A stretch of DNA of 64,000 nucleotides from IMG/VR virus record IMGVR_UViG_3300027747_004417; one strand, written 5' to 3'. The first letter of the stretch is position 1; every line of letters begins with the position of its first letter. The DNA comes from a virus. Under the pieces are notes generated by a model that was given only the letters and a program-made list of their open reading frames with translations, made no database searches and had not been told where the DNA came from. Below are positions 63,341 through 64,000 of the stretch, one piece after another. The position numbers and the translations under genes were made by a program.

Positions 63341-64000
63341 ATAAGTTTAGTTTTGAGCACTATTACCAAAGAAAAGAGACTGAATTAAAGGAAATGGCTG
63401 TAGCTTCCTTTGGAAAGAACAAAGGCAAGCACATAAACGACATAGATTCAGGGTATGCAACATGGCTGCTCAGAAGTATAGAAGACTCCGGAAAGTTGAT
63501 GGGCAACTTTACAGCAGACGATGGATCAGGAAGATTAAGTAAGGACCAAGTGCTCCAAGCATTAAGAATAAGATCAAGAAATCAAACAGTTGCACCCACT
63601 AGCACTAAGCAGCCTATTAAGTCTGTTTCAAATACTTCGTCTGTAGAAAGGAGTCCTGCTGTTAGACCCACAGACCCCCCAGATGAGCCAGAATCCGAGT
63701 CTCCAAGTTTAGCTGCCCCAAGAGCCACACAACCGGACCAAAAAATATCTGCCTTTGATCCCGAGCCTTATAGAATAAAGCCTGAGTGGGTCACCAGCCA
63801 TCAAAAATCAATTAGAGATGTGTTTGATAAAAGTTCATCCCACATTCTGTTGCCAGCCCTAGCAGGTAGCGGCAAAACAACAATGTTAAAGGATCTTGCT
63901 TCAAACGCTAAGCCGGGTGATAGATGGCTATACCTAGTATTTAACAAGAAGAATCAGCTAGAAAGCAAAAAGGCTTTCCCACCAGGAGTTGACGTTTTTA
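63337..64000 (+). CDS. 3'-truncated UvrD/Rep-like SF1 helicase with N-terminal FGKxKG (DUF3820-like) domain
   Basis: Own translation: MNKFSFEHYY...LKEMAVASFGKNKGKHINDIDSGYATWLL...Pro-rich linker...ALAGSGKTT...YLVFNKKNQ; absent from the ORF track because it runs off the window. Confidence 0.82.
   Translation, partial: MNKFSFEHYYQRKETELKEMAVASFGKNKGKHINDIDSGYATWLLRSIEDSGKLMGNFTADDGSGRLSKDQVLQALRIRSRNQTVAPTSTKQPIKSVSNTSSVERSPAVRPTDPPDEPESESPSLAAPRATQPDQKISAFDPEPYRIKPEWVTSHQKSIRDVFDKSSSHILLPALAGSGKTTMLKDLASNAKPGDRWLYLVFNKKNQLESKKAFPPGVDVF

Noticed and set aside
1-64000. Eukaryotic giant-virus or archaeal origin suggested by Hel308, mucin-like repeats, LAGLIDADG and many GTs
   Set aside because: Clear SD sites, sigma70-type promoters, intrinsic terminators and a T4-like uvsX/ssb/uvsY/uvsW/gp46-47 core indicate a bacteriophage
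1-64000. Stop-codon reassignment, as in some large phages
   Set aside because: Conserved enzymes are full length under the standard code, and TAA, TAG and TGA all end genes
1-64000. tRNA/rRNA genes, introns or inteins in dnaB, uvsX, nrdJ
   Set aside because: No cloverleaf seen in the short intergenic gaps, and these proteins have no large insertions or intein termini; a tRNAscan/Infernal run would be needed to exclude them fully

Overview
AT-rich, gene-dense window (standard genetic code, frequent strand switches, Shine-Dalgarno sites and sigma70-like promoters) from what is most likely a very large T4-like tailed phage. The host cannot be determined from this sequence. A T4-type replication/recombination core is recognisable by motifs: UvsX/RecA, gp32-like SSB, UvsY, DnaB/gp41, UvsW, gp46/gp47 (SbcC/SbcD), a RecD/Dda-like helicase, a Holliday junction resolvase and class II ribonucleotide reductase. 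Interleaved accessory functions are about nine glycosyltransferase-like genes plus glf, a sulfotransferase and methyltransferases; gdhA, lat, guaC, a dCMP deaminase, an amidoligase and a class II glutamine amidotransferase; and a Hel308/Ski2-like helicase. Strongest leads: (1) Pro/Thr- and Cys-rich mucin-like proteins encoded beside candidate modifying enzymes, suggesting a phage protein hydroxylation/glycosylation system; (2) a DGQHR/ParB-like - AAA+ - metallopeptidase/VWA module closed by a stand-alone paralogue of the ParB-like C-terminal domain; (3) a family of unrelated genes with T4-type capsid-targeting N-termini, including a helicase; (4) a family A polymerase lacking its thumb; (5) a 75-bp IS200/IS605-type end element with a TnpB omegaRNA-like 3' end. 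All assignments come from reading motifs by eye; no database search was run.
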